Below the pieces are notes generated by a model, which made no database searches, was not told the DNA's origin, and saw nothing but the letters and a program-made list of their open reading frames with translations. A program made the translations under genes and the position numbers. A stretch of DNA of 63,570 nucleotides, the filler included, from Craspedostauros australis (taxonomy: Eukaryota), in NCBI GenBank assembly GCA_030167865.1. It is 19 parts of 19 records of this genome, joined end to end, with 100 filler letters (N's around TTAATTAATTAA, not from the genome) between each part and the next. Parts side by side here need not be neighbours in the genome. Positions count along the whole stretch, not along the records: positions 1 to 6,158 come from JALAGF010001175.1; positions 6,259 to 7,871 come from JALAGF010001176.1; positions 7,972 to 9,584 come from JALAGF010001177.1; positions 9,685 to 13,633 come from JALAGF010001178.1; 15 more parts are not named here. One strand, 5' to 3'. This document shows, in pieces, positions 1 to 12,600 of this stretch. Every line of letters starts with the position of its first letter. The stretch's first letter is position 1.

Positions 1-603
1 AAGAAAAATTAACAATTATGCACGCTTTCGAACGCGTGATGTGACGTCACGATACAGAATTGCGGGAAGACATCCACGAACAGAAGGGAGGGACGGAACG
101 CATCGATGATAAAAACCTGTCGTAGTGACACACAGGATGGTATCGCATTCTGCTGTCGTGGTACCTGGCACCGNNNNNNNNNNNNNNNNNNNNNNNNNNN
201 NNNNNNNNNNNNNNNNNNNNNNNNNNNNNNGCAATTTGGTTACCGCTCCCCCCACTTTTGATGACGTCGTTGGTGTCTCAACACATGTCGCAAAAAAGAT
301 AAGTTGCAATCATTTCGGAACGGAGGAATATTTTATTATTATTCAAAATTGACTTGATTGTCAACTGTCGCTATACTTGCTTGCGCAAGACAAATTGATT
401 GTTTCGTATATCTGCAGTGTTCCACCCGCCAGACCTAATCATTCGATCACAGGTGTAGTCGTATGCCAGCACGCCAATGCGCGCGTCTCTGTCTGTCTCC
501 CCAGCCTCCAAATCTATTGATCCCTTTGCCAAGCTTTGCGAGCGCAATACTAACTTGTTTGCGCAAGTGATGGTGCATTCAGACCATGCTCTCGTTCCAC
601 CAT

Positions 604-1758
604 CTATCTGCTTGTCATCTCTATCGCATGTTCGCCAGCCTTCTTCGGCCTCCGGTGGCGAAGCGTCCACTGCAAACCCAAGGCATTCAGCCGACAGATC
701 CTCTCAGGTGTGATCGCTGAGGAGCGTCCCTTTCGGAGCAGGTGGTACTGCCTCCTCTGTCCCTTGAGCCAAACGCCCAAGGGTGGGTTGTTTGCGTACA
801 TCGTGGGAACGTTGCAGTGTCCATGGACCTTCTGGAACTCGGCCAGTTCGCTGTATCGCTTCTCCCAGATGGTCTTGTGAGACTCCCAGACGAAACCGAT
901 GCTGCTCAGGGCCAGCAGACGGTCATTCGTCAGAGTCGAGTGCTTGCCCATCACTCTCAGCTTGTACTGGTAGCGCTGTCTCTTGGACCATTGAGAGAGG
1001 CCAGGATGCTTTTTCACATCCAGCACGCAGTGTCCGTGCTTGGCGCTGAAATGTCGCAATTCCTGGAACCGGCTCACCCACGATCCTCCTTCGTGCGCAT
1101 CGTGCCATTCCTTCATCTTGTCCACGTCGGAAGTAACGTCAATGGGCTTCGTCGATTCGGAAAAGAGCTCGGCGTTCGGCTCTGTATCTTCCTTGGAAAC
1201 GATGGAGAGAGCATCGAAGTGGGAACTGGCGCCGAAGTCAGCACCAGCATCGGGGGAGGTAAAATCCCAAAGCGGCAGTGTTGAGGATGTCAACTTGGTG
1301 CTTAAGAATTCTTGCGACTTTAAGGCCAGGGTCATAGAAGTTGCCGGGAATTGTTGGACAGGATGTGTCTGAAGCTGGAGCTGGCTTGACATTGAAGATG
1401 GCGTCTGTGGCACATGCTGGCATACCTGGGTCGCAGGATCGTTGGTTGTGCTGACCGCTGTGCAAGATTGCGATAAGGTTCCGTAGTTTTTGCTGTCTGG
1501 AATGTCAGATGTGCAATCAACGAGAGATGATAGAACCTCCACAATCTCGGCTGACCATTCGGGCCTACTGAAGGTATCTCTGACGGAGACATGGCTGACG
1601 ATCTGGATGCAGTCGGGATGAATCGGGACGGGGTCCATGGTGCTCGGTGTTGAGGCAGTTTGCCGGGGGGAAGCGCGGAGCTTGTATTCCTGCTGAACGC
1701 GTCCCGGACCAAACATTACCTGTGTCCTCATATTGCCTTGGGTGTGATTCGTAACCAT
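604..1758 (-). CDS. Helicase-associated (HA) domain protein with two C-terminal HA repeats
   Basis: Two HA-type repeats: SWVSRFQELRHFSAKHGHC...LSQWSKRQR...RLLALSSIGFVW and WEKRYSELAEFQKVHGHCNVP...LGVWLKGQR...RICRLNALGLQW. First ATG is at 1758; the ORF track starts at a GTG (1836). Confidence 0.85.
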   Translation of the reverse strand: MVTNHTQGNMRTQVMFGPGRVQQEYKLRASPRQTASTPSTMDPVPIHPDCIQIVSHVSVRDTFSRPEWSAEIVEVLSSLVDCTSDIPDSKNYGTLSQSCTAVSTTNDPATQVCQHVPQTPSSMSSQLQLQTHPVQQFPATSMTLALKSQEFLSTKLTSSTLPLWDFTSPDAGADFGASSHFDALSIVSKEDTEPNAELFSESTKPIDVTSDVDKMKEWHDAHEGGSWVSRFQELRHFSAKHGHCVLDVKKHPGLSQWSKRQRYQYKLRVMGKHSTLTNDRLLALSSIGFVWESHKTIWEKRYSELAEFQKVHGHCNVPTMYANNPPLGVWLKGQRRQYHLLRKGRSSAITPERICRLNALGLQWTLRHRRPKKAGEHAIEMTSR

Positions 1759-1844
1759 TGCAGCACAATACTGCGTTGAGTGGGTGTTGTAGAGCTTCGC
1801 CAAGCGACGCGATTGATGGCGTTCTGTTACTGCCACTTTCTTGC

Positions 1845-2210
1845 TTGTTGGTTGGTTGGTTGGTTGGTTGGTTTGCTTCGCCGATGGCAGATGCTGAATG
1901 ACGATGCACGTATTGGTACTTGCGATGGTGGTGGTGGTGGTGGTGGTGGTGGTATTGATGGATGGGATGGTCGTGATGGTCGTGATGGTCGTGATGGTCG
2001 TGATGGCGTGGAGGTCGAGGCTGAAGTCGAGCTCGTCTGATCTTGATTTTGTGAGCTTGTTGAGTGTGTGGATTATAATGGATTATATTTTATGACAGAA
2101 TAGGGGGTTGTGCTGTGCTGTGCCGGACTTTTAGTGCTGGTGTCTGGAGAGGGCTCGGCGGTCAGCTCGTTTGCTTGTTTGTTTGTTTGTTTGTTTGCTT
2201 GTTTGTTTGC
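1845..2210. repeat. Microsatellite cluster: (GTTG)n, (GGT)n, (GATGGTCGT)n, (GTTT)n
   Basis: Tandem units are directly visible upstream of the HA gene. Confidence 0.9.
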
Positions 2211-3643
2211 ATCTCCTTTGTTGGTACGAGGACGGCGAGGTATGTTTGGTGGTGTGCTTGCTTTTTGGTCTCACAATCCCGGTAGTACTCAGCCCTACAC
2301 GAAGCTGCGCGCATGATATCCTACGCACAGAACGTCAAGAATGGTATTTCGAAGTTGTCGTTGGTGGTGGCGCTACTGCTGCTGGTTGCGCGAGCTTCGC
2401 CGTTACTGCTAATAATGTGGACGGTGCGAGTAGCTCGCACGAGTTCTTGCCACAACAAGGCGACCCGAGTTTTCTTGTTCGAGGGGACGCGCTGCGCGTT
2501 TCGTCCTGGAAAGGCAATGACCTTTTTGGATGACCAGACTCAGCGCCGCATCATCCTCGCGCTGACAAAAGGTGCGAGGAAGAAATCAAGTTTCGCTTCA
2601 ACACTCCGCCTTTGTCACAGAGCCCAGATTTCATCCGTTCGCTACGGTCCCGCCTCCCATTTCCTTCCTCCCGTCGCGAGATGGTGTCGCACAAAATCCG
2701 CACCGACAGTCTTGGCATTCCGTCCTTTGCTTGTTGTACATTAGCGTGCTCCGCACGGGCACATCTGGCGGAAGAAGATGTCCCTTTTCGTGGGCACCAA
2801 GTTCGACTTGGGCTTCGACTTCGGCTTGACTTGCGCGCCTCAGTGCGTCTTCTGCTTTGTTCTCCAGCAAGCGCTGTGCTGCTGGTCGTCGAGGTGGTAC
2901 AGACGGATAGCGACGCTCCACGCAAACTTGGTTTGATCAGAAAGAGAACACCCAAACGCAATCCTGGCTTCGCAGAAATCACAAATCATCCGCGTCGCGT
3001 TGTGCAGAAGATAGAACACAAACGTCAAATTAGAACAGGGCATACCACTCGTACGTGATACTGTTCTGTAACCGTATTGACGCTACGAATATTCTTGAAG
3101 GCTACAAACGAGAACTGGGGCTCACATAGGAGGCAGGCGCAGCAGAATATTCGATTCTATTCTGCTTGGATTCTACTTGCACTTGTAATTGTAATTGACC
3201 GAAAGATGACAAGCAACTGGTCTGAACGAGTTGATTCTGGCGCAAGAGCAAACGATGTACGGTACTCATCAGATCTTGCCCTGCTGCATCAACCTGATCC
3301 TTGTTCCACTCAGCACTTGGCGTTCGGGGTCTTGGTGTTTTGTACCTTGGTGATCCGGTGCTACAAGTGTGCAAGCATGACATCACACGAGGGCAGAGAC
3401 GACAGGAAGAGTGCGCATGTGAGGCAGGGCAAGAGCCGCCACCAAAGGACTCCTCGGCAGGCCGGCAACAGGTTTGCACCGGTGGGAGTAGCCGTGGGAT
3501 GATGAGCAATTCAACTCCGCCAGAAGAATGAATTGTTCTACCTATGTGCTACGATGCGATACGATCCACGCTCGGGTGCTGCCCCACACTAGCTATGAAC
3601 TCTTCTGCACCCCCACTTGGAAATGGAAACCGGAGATCCGCTG

Positions 3644-3654
3644 TCTCTCTCTCT

Positions 3655-3686
<32 letters not shown>
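3644..3686. repeat. (CT)n microsatellite
   Basis: Directly visible. Confidence 0.9.
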
Positions 3687-5749
3687 GGAGAATCGTTCAT
3701 TTCCTCGCATCAAAGAACAGAGTATTCAGCATCTGCGCATCGCCTACGTGGAATATTTCTCCGCTATGGACTCGTGTGTCGGTAGCGTTGATTGGACCTG
3801 AGACGTATGACACGATCACAATTCTGGGAGAGTTGATGGTGGTTCGCGTTCCGGCCTCCATCCTTCACCACATTTGACGACGAGCGCTGCACCAAGCCAT
3901 TCCCTGAATCTCCCAAGTTGAATGGTTTCTCGCGTTCTGCTCTGCGCTTCACATACTGTCTCCGCCTGTGCTGGCAGTCGTATCGCGAGTCTTGGTGTGA
4001 AGCAGAGAAACAGAAACGAGATCTCAGGAATTCGCATTCATGCACCTTCAGTGTCCGGCGTGTCCATCTGGCCACGAGTTTGAGCAACTGCGAGTACCTG
4101 GCCACTCGCTCCAGTAGTCAATCGAGAAATGCGCATGGCAGAACAAGCACTCTTGCCCATCAGTCTGTTGCACGACCACTCGTATCCCGTCACGGCATTC
4201 CGCCATGCATTATGGAAGAATCTCTGAAGGACTCGTGCTGCAGTCCGGACAGAGTGGAGCACTCTACGGAATAATCTTCTCCTCGTCTGGTCAACCGGAC
4301 AACTGGGCAACCGGGCAACTGGACAACAGATCATCTACCTCAGCTCGTACCGCATCGGTCTATCCCAACTTCCTCCGGAGAGGGGCGGAGCAACCAGCTC
4401 AGACCGGCCGAAGAACAAAGACCCCCGAAGAGGTTTACAAACTGAATAGCTTGTGCTTCACCAAAATCTTCTAGGGAATTCTACCTGGAGCGGAGGGAGA
4501 TGCTACAGTGATCTACGACCTACGAACAATCTTCCACCGCCCTCGCAGTACCCAGCAATCGTCATCTCGGCAAAGACAGGAGCTGCCCACGCAAGATGAA
4601 GAGAGACCGAGTGAAGCAAATTTACAAGGGGTGGCTAACAGGTCGCTTCCGTTGTCTCGGCCATGACTGGAAGAGGGAAGAAGAACTGCGTGCACCGCCC
4701 ACACTCAGCGATCGATGGACACGAGTGCATATGCCATACGACTGGCGAAGAATAGAAGCAGAAGTGGAAGCGGAAGTAGAAGGAGGAAGAGCGGACGAAT
4801 GCGTGGGCAGTGTTGAGACACACGCCAACACATATCGCAAGCGGAGGTATGTCGGCAGTGAACTTCTCCGGCCGTCGCCGAATACGAACCCGTTGGATAC
4901 ACCAAGTTTGCAGTTATGCCCCACTCAGCGTTGCTTGCGGAAACCGATGTTATCACGCGAAGGGATTGCCCCAATTGATGTGTAGTAACGCCAAACATCG
5001 CAGTCAAGTGCCTCTTCCCCCACTCACTTTCTCACATATCCTCGGGGTTCGTGTTCGTGCTGTCTGATGTGGCACAAGCGCGCGAGTACGAAAAGTGTGA
5101 ATCTTGCTGCTAGTAGCGTTTTGTTGCTGAGACATGCCCGTGGGTGGAATGCCGGGGGAACATTGGTTCTCATTTGGGTATGTTCTGTGGTTGAATATCC
5201 GTTTTTGCGGAAGGAGAACTTTGCCTGGGCGGTTCACAACCACCGCATTCATTTTGCCGCCTCTGCAGTCCAGTACCGTTCGAATGTCTATGTCGTGGCT
5301 CGTGGCATATGTGGCAGGACAGAGCATGTAGCGCGTGGCGACAGTAATTGGGTGCATTATTACACTCTTCGCGTGTTTGGAGAAGCGCATGCGGTCCCAT
5401 GGCCCTTATCAGCAAGCATGAAATAGCAGGGGGGATGGAAAGTGACAATTGCATCCAATCGTCAAGACAAACAAAGAGCGGCGGAAATACCCGACGGAGA
5501 AATAACGCGAAAGGCTTCGTACTCGCACAACGCCGCACAACCGAGACAGAGAGGACGAATCCGTCTATCTATTGTTTGCGTACGTGCCTGCAGAGTACTT
5601 GTAGGTCGTGAGCCACGCGACCAAGGCCGAATCGCGAAAACGCACAAGTCTCCAATCCGCACCAACGCAGAGTCGTGGCGCAAGTCGGTGCAGGAAGAGC
5701 ACAATTCTCGCCGAGGAAGGCACATCAAGAGAGGGGACGAAGCATGCAT

Positions 5750-6158
5750 ACGACCCCATTCAGGATAGAAACGTACGTTTTTGCGGATTTTTAAGATAAG
5801 CACTTAGATCATCCTATTATGTTGCATAGAGTATATGAGTGAAGTTACAAGATCCTGGGCCTTATAGTTAAAAAGTTTATATTTTTCGCATTAGTCTACG
5901 ACTAGAAACGTTGAGCATGCGGACGTTGAGAGGCACNTAGGGTTCGGAATCGCCAGTCGTGCTTCGGCTCGCTGTCCAGTCGTGTCCATCATCGGCGCTC
6001 TCGCATTTCGCACGGGTGAGACGGTTGGGTGCGAAGAAATGATGAGGATTGCGCAGTGGCGGCAGGCTTGCTGCGGCCGATGCTTCGTCTGGGCTGCCGA
6101 TCAGGCATCGCAATCCAGAGTTGTGGGTTGGTGGGTAATCCAGATCTTGATGCCCAGC
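5750..6158 (+). mobile_element. Dispersed repeat, probably the terminus of a DNA transposon (copy 1)
   Basis: Co-linear but diverged match to the reverse complement of ~30925-31329. Similarity starts abruptly at GACCCCATTCAGGATA. Confidence 0.6.
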
Positions 6159-6258
6159 NNNNNNNNNNNNNNNNNNNNNNNNNNNNNNNNNNNNNNNNNN
6201 NNTTAATTAATTAANNNNNNNNNNNNNNNNNNNNNNNNNNNNNNNNNNNNNNNNNNNN
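6159..6258. other. Artificial contig spacer, 44N-TTAATTAATTAA-44N (first of 18)
   Basis: The same spacer, with stops in all six frames, recurs at 7872, 9585, 13634, 23328, 25301, 28115, 29363, 32167, 34374, 39901, 44902, 46129, 48362, 52545, 53708, 56215 and 62152. Confidence 0.98.
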
Positions 6259-7871
6259 GGGACCGTACCCGCCGTAGCATTGGGTCAGGCCGTATCGGAT
6301 GAGGGAGTACATTCCGTTCATGCCGGTCACCTGGCGAGGGGGCGTCACGAGCTGGGCTTCAGGAGCGACGAGGTTGCCCTGCGTGATCCGCCCAGATGGT
6401 TGGAACTCTGGCAGGAAGAACGAGAAGACGCTGCGGATCTCGTGCGCCATCTGACCAAGACGGCTGCCGAAGAATTCATTCAGCTTCAGCAGGCCCTTGT
6501 CCACCCTTTGCTCGTAGTCCAGCGAGCGCAGGATTCCAGTCACCTTCAGCAGTGGCTCCTTCAATGCTCCATATGCTGGGTCAGCATCCAGAATCACATC
6601 GCGGCTTTCTGGTGACAACAGGACCGCAGCAACAGCAGCGCCAAGATCACCGTAGCTTCCACTTCCGAAGGTTTTGGTGCCTCCAGCGCCGTTGTATGCG
6701 AACTGGCCGCTCTTGAAGGCGGTGGCGATGCTCTTGATGTAGTATGGCGATGGGTTGGAATTGCCGAACCGTTGCGCGAATCGCACTGCGAGGAACGGCG
6801 CCGTGTTGGGGTGGTACATGTAATGATCAAGGACCGCGTCTGTTTCGTGATGTGCGTCACGGGGCTCCTCGTCCGACAGGCTGATGAAATGAGGTGGGTT
6901 GCGGAATGAAAGGTCCGCCCCGACCAACGAGACGGTCGATACCACGTTCTTGCGCAGCTGAGTCATGCCGTATTCGTCCACGATCTCGAAGACCGTGTCA
7001 GCGGAGAGTGGTTGGCCAGCTGGTGATGCCTCGAATCCGCCAATGTGCAGTGCCTGCAGGATGGCCTGATCAGAAGGCGAATCGTTGCCAGTGAACACGG
7101 CTTCGTTGGAAACGGTCACCTCGCACACGCACATGTTATCCTCACTGACGATGCAGCCAGTTGTCGATGCGCAGTTGTTCACGACCGATTTGAAATCATC
7201 CGACCAGTCCACGCGGAAGAGCGTTTTCGTGCTGGGTGACACGATGAGCTCAACCTGATCATCGCCATAGGATGGCGCGTGAACGATGCCGACCTTGCCA
7301 TCTCCGCTGATCTTCGCCTTGAGAGTGCACGATTCGGATGTCCAGAAGTGATTTGGATCCCAGCACTTCGTGTATGCTGCCGAAGTATCATCCTGAGCTT
7401 CGCAATCGGGACGTGGCCATTCACTGCACAGTTGCTCGTCGCAGGCATCCAATGCTGTGGAGAACTTGGTGCGCTCGCCCCAGTACACGTCGTCGTAGAA
7501 GTTGTTGGTTGGGTTCGTCTTGCAGCACGCGACGATCGCAGACTCGGTCCTGGGATCGGCGCACATGTATTCACCCCATTCCCAGTGTCGGATGATGGTC
7601 TTCGCGTTCTCGTAAAACGATTGGTGCACGCAAGGCTTGCGGATGTACTCGTAGTACATGCCGGCTGATACCTCCACGGTTCGCACGGTGTCGATGCGGC
7701 ATTCCTTGCCAGAGCATTGAATTGGTTTATCCAGCACGATCTTGGTTTTGTAGTCACAGGATCCGTCTCCTCGAGGATTGCACAGCTTTGTGTAGAGTCC
7801 GCTGTTGCTTGCGTCGAGCTTGAACCGTTGCGCCGATGGATCTGTCTTCCATGCGTCGATGTCCGAGTGCA
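6259..7871 (-). CDS. DUF1800-family protein, internal fragment (haplotype A)
   Basis: Frame is open across the whole contig. Motifs HPNTAPFLAVRFAQRFGNSNPSP, GDLGAAVAAVLLSPESR, LKEPLL and LGQ...SVFSFFLPEFQP follow a Cys-rich region. Confidence 0.85.
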
Positions 7872-7971
7872 NNNNNNNNNNNNNNNNNNNNNNNNNNNNN
7901 NNNNNNNNNNNNNNNTTAATTAATTAANNNNNNNNNNNNNNNNNNNNNNNNNNNNNNNNNNNNNNNNNNNN

Positions 7972-9584
7972 GGGACCGTACCCGCCGTAGCATTGGGTCA
8001 GGCCGTATCGGATGAGGGAGTACATTCCGTTCATGCCGGTCACCTGGCGAGGGGGCGTCACGAGCTGGGCTTCAGGAGCGACGAGGTTGCCCTGCGTGAT
8101 CCGCCCAGATGGTTGGAACTCTGGCAGGAAGAACGAGAAGACGCTGCGGATCTCGTGCGCCATCTGACCAAGACGGCTGCCGAAGAATTCATTCAGCTTC
8201 AGCAGGCCCTTGTCCACCCTTTGCTCGTAGTCCAGCGAGCGCAGGATTCCAGTCACCTTCAGCAGTGGCTCCTTCAATGCTCCATATGCTGGGTCAGCAT
8301 CCAGAATCACATCGCGGCTTTCTGGTGACAACAGGACCGCAGCAACAGCAGCGCCAAGATCACCGTAGCTTCCACTTCCGAAGGTCTTGGTGCCTCCGGC
8401 GCCGTTGTACGTGAACCGACCGCTCTTGAAGGCGGTGGCGATGCTCTTGATGTAGTATGGCGATGGGTTGGAATTGCCGAACCGTTGTGCGAATCGCACT
8501 GCGAGGAACGGCGCCGTGTTGGGGTGGTACATGTAGTGATCAAGGACCGCGTCCGTTTCGTGATGTGCGTCACGGGGCTCCTCGTCCGACAGACTGATGA
8601 AATGCGGCGGGTTGCGGAATGAGAGGCCCGCCCCGACCAACGAGACGGTCGATACCACGTTCTTGCGCAGCTGAGTCATGCCGTACTCGTCCACGACCTC
8701 GAAGACCGTGTCAGCGGAGAGTGGTTGGCCAGCTGGTGATGCCTCGAATCCGCCAATGTGCAATGCCTGCAGGATGGCCTGATCAGAAGGCGAATCGTTG
8801 CCAGTGAACACGGCTTCGTTGGAAACGGTCACCTCGCACACGCACATGTTATCCTCACTGACGATGCAGCCAGATATCCATGCGCAGTTGTCCACGACCA
8901 ATTTGACATCATCCGACCAGTCCACGCGGAAGAGCGTTTTCGTGCTGGGTGCCACGATGAGCTCAACCTGATCATCGCCATAGAATGGCGCGTGGACGAT
9001 GCCGACCTTGCCATCTCCGCTGATCTTCGCCTTGAGAGTGCACGATTCGGATGTCCAGAAGTGATTTGGATCCCAGCACTTCGTGTATGCTGCCGAAGTA
9101 TCATCCTGAGCTTCGCAATCGGGACGTGGCCATTCACTGCACAGTTGCTCGTCGCAGGCATCCAATGCTGTGGAGAACTTGGTGCGCTCGCCCCAGTACA
9201 CGTCGTCGTAGAAGTTGTTGGTTGGGTTCGTCTTGCAGCACGCGACGATCGCAGACTCGGTCCTGGGATCGGCGCACATGTATTCACCCCATTCCCAGTG
9301 TCGGATGATGGTCTTCGCGTTCTCGTAAAACGATTGGTGCACGCAAGGCTTGCGGATGTACTCGTAGTACATGCCGGCTGATACCTCCACGGTTCGCACG
9401 GTGTCGATGCGGCATTCCTTGCCAGAGCATTGAATTGGTTTATCCAGCACGATCTTGGTTTTGTAGTCACAGGATCCGTCTCCTCGAGGATTGCACAGCT
9501 TTGTGTAGAGTCCGCTGTTGCTTGCGTCGAGCTTGAACCGTTGCGCCGATGGATCTGTCTTCCATGCGTCGATGTCCGAGTGCA
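7972..9584 (-). CDS. DUF1800-family protein, internal fragment (haplotype B)
   Basis: Same length (1613 nt) and same ends as the previous contig, with a near-identical protein. Confidence 0.85.
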
Positions 9585-9684
9585 NNNNNNNNNNNNNNNN
9601 NNNNNNNNNNNNNNNNNNNNNNNNNNNNTTAATTAATTAANNNNNNNNNNNNNNNNNNNNNNNNNNNNNNNNNNNNNNNNNNNN

Positions 9685-12600
9685 CGCTGGGATCTTTGGA
9701 GATCGCCAGAATGTCATCAGTGTACACGAGGATGTACTCGTAATATTCAGACCCATCGCTCGTCACCGTTGGCTTCATCCAAACATCGCTGTCTGCACGA
9801 CACGAGGTGAATCCGAGTGAGTTCTGCAGTGTCTCTGCAAGGTGCGCCCTCCAGGCNNNNNNNNNNNNNNNNNNNNNNNNNNNNNNNNNNNNNNNNNNNN
9901 NNNNNNNNNNNNNNNNNNNNNNNNNNNNNNNNNNNNNNNNNNNNNNNNNNNNNNNNNNNNNCTCAGGTCCACATGTTGTGTAGACACGTTCGCGGCATGG
10001 CGCGTTGAGGTATGCATTCATCACATCTGCCGCAAGCACATCGAGGTCGTTCAGCGCCGCCAAGAGGAATGCGATTCGCACGCTTTCGCGTGTCACCACA
10101 CTGGCATACGTTATGCTGGATGGTGCTTCAGTCATGTGACCGCCTGCCACAAGTCGCGCCTTTCGAGTGAGGTCGACTTTGATATCGAAGATCATGTGAC
10201 ATGCAATGTAGGTGTACCCGACTGGTGGCTTCGTGTCTTCTGTCTTGATGTCGAACGCTGGTCAAACGTTTTTCATCTCCTTCTCCAATGCTTTGCGCCA
10301 GAAGTCGGTTCCTGTTTCCTCGTCGATAGCAAGAGCTCGTTCGACGCTCTTTGGTAGTTCGAGACCATATTTTTCGTTGCGTCGGAAGTATCGTTTGCGG
10401 TTGGCCATCAGGATGCGGTTGCGCCGCTTCATTGTGTATGGAACCCACCATCGAAAAGCGGGCTCATTGGTGAGTTGGTTGTTGGTTGCATACTCGGCTG
10501 TCTTCACCGGATCAGCTTCCTTGGCATCGCGTAAGTGAATCCATGATGTAGATCCGTCTTTCCATAACACACACAGCTTCCATCCCTTTGTCGTCTTCGT
10601 GGTCGTCTTGTCATCAGCGGTTGCTGCGGTTGGAAGCCTCTTGTGATCTATGATGTCGTCCATCAAGAGTGTTGTGTATCCGTCGTCATCTGTTCGCGCG
10701 TAGATATTTTCCGCGATCTGATTCGCATTGAATACTTCGCTGTGCCCGTCGACAAACTCAACCTCATACATGGACGTGTCAAGAAGTGGATTTGAATGTG
10801 AGTGACCAATCAGCTTCCCGCTCGCATCGCGCTTTCGGCGCTTCACAGTACCAAATTGGATGTCATCACCTGCAGGCAGCTTGACTCGAGCGGACAAGTA
10901 TCGATCGTACGCATCTTCGTCGGCGTCGGCTTGCTCAATTAAAGGTTCCAATGATGTGGTCTGCTCCAGGAAAGCAATGTCTTCGGCTGTGTCGTCGACG
11001 TCGTCTCCGTCGTCCCCTGGCTTGATGCCTGCCATTCGATCTTTCCATTTGTTTCGTAGATTGGACATGAAGTCGGATTGTTGCTGCTTCATTACTTCAC
11101 TGTTGAGGTCGACATCGGATAAAGGAATGACTGAGGATTTAGAAACAACAGCGCCAGAAGATGTGAGAATGTACGAGCACATCGCTTCTCCCACGGCCTT
11201 GGATGGACCGAGGTAGCGACCAAGATGTTTTGTGTTCATGTTTGCTCCTTGGAGATTCATATACCACACAAAGTCGAACCACCCGAATTCTGAAATGTGT
11301 GAGATGTCGGTGGTATCGCCAGTCAGGATTGTAGTTGGTGTCTGGCCATGTAGATCATATATCTGAAGTGCTGTGTTGCTTCGAATCTCTGCACAGTACT
11401 CAAAACAATAGTCCCACAGGTATGCAGGTGTGTTCGTTGATGTCATGAGTCGCCGATATTGACGTCGAAGTTCTCGGATCGTTGCCTCCGCTTTGTTCTG
11501 GTTGTGAATATACGCCTCCATGGGACGGATTGATACTTGAGCCTTGAGAAGTTTGCTTTTGAAGTTGCCCTCAACTAGCTCTCGTGCATTGTCTGGTATC
11601 ATTGTGTGTGGGATGCCGTAGTCTCTGAATAGCTCATCGAGTGTCTGCGCGGCCTCTCGCCTTGCCGCCATTGGGTACACTCTGACCCAATGAAATGGTG
11701 TACAATATATCATTGCACAGATGTTCCCACGTATGGACTTCGTCTTCGCGAACATCGTGTCGGTGTACATTTGTGTGTTGAGGCGTCGGTATCGGAGCTG
11801 CATCGCATAAGGGTTGAGTCGACATGTTCCTGTCGTCGTAGTGAAATCACGGACTGCCAATTGCGTCGTCACATCAAGTGTTCGTCTTGCTGCTTCGATT
11901 CCGATACGCCATCTCGCTGCCAGCTGTTCTGGCGTTATCGTCCCCTTTCGATTTGAGGTACACGTGTAATGTATTGTTCGATTGTCATGCTCGTATATAA
12001 TCGGTGATTCAATATGCATCTGTTGATCTGCCTGAAGCTTCGCACGTATCGCTGCTTCGTCGTCCCCTGACAACAGCTGTGATGGATCCCAATATGCATC
12101 TGATGTCATGTATACATGGACACAATCTCTGTCGGACTGTATCTCATCTCGCGTTGGTTGTCGAATATGAAAATAGGATACCGTTCCGTTCAGCTGAAGT
12201 GGGATATGCAAATCATGGTATGAAGAAAGAATAGAATGTGAGTATGAATGACGATTTTCCTCTGGTAGCATGACCAAAGGTGTCTCATTGACGATGATAC
12301 CCGCCATGCGCATTTGATGCGGACACAATAGCGGATGAGGAAGGGTTTCAAAATATAGTGATTGAGGAAAGAAGAGGATGTAAGTGGTGTACGAAACAGG
12401 ATCGTCATACGCAATCGCCGCTGTGACAATTGGTACGTTGGTGACGTCCCCCAATGTGTCCAAGAATGGCGATGTTGTGACAGTCTGTGTAGTTCGATGT
12501 ACAATGTATGCAGTAGGACCAAAAGCACAAGTGTCAGCGTGTGAGTCCAATTCGGCTCTCGGTGTCTCGGATGGAAGGGACTGNNNNNNNNNNNNNNNNN

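Noticed and set aside
4239..4507. Possible small solo LTR (TGCAG...CTACA) with internal CAACTGG repeats
   Set aside because: The terminal repeat is imperfect, there is no clean TSD and no second copy in the window.
2100..5740. Many 60-150 aa ORFs here and at 49490-51750
   Set aside because: They have no recognisable motifs and overlap on both strands, consistent with chance ORFs in ~50% GC intergenic DNA.
6259..9584. Tandem duplication of the DUF1800 gene
   Set aside because: These are two separate contigs with identical ends, as expected from an assembly bubble (alleles or collapsed paralogues).
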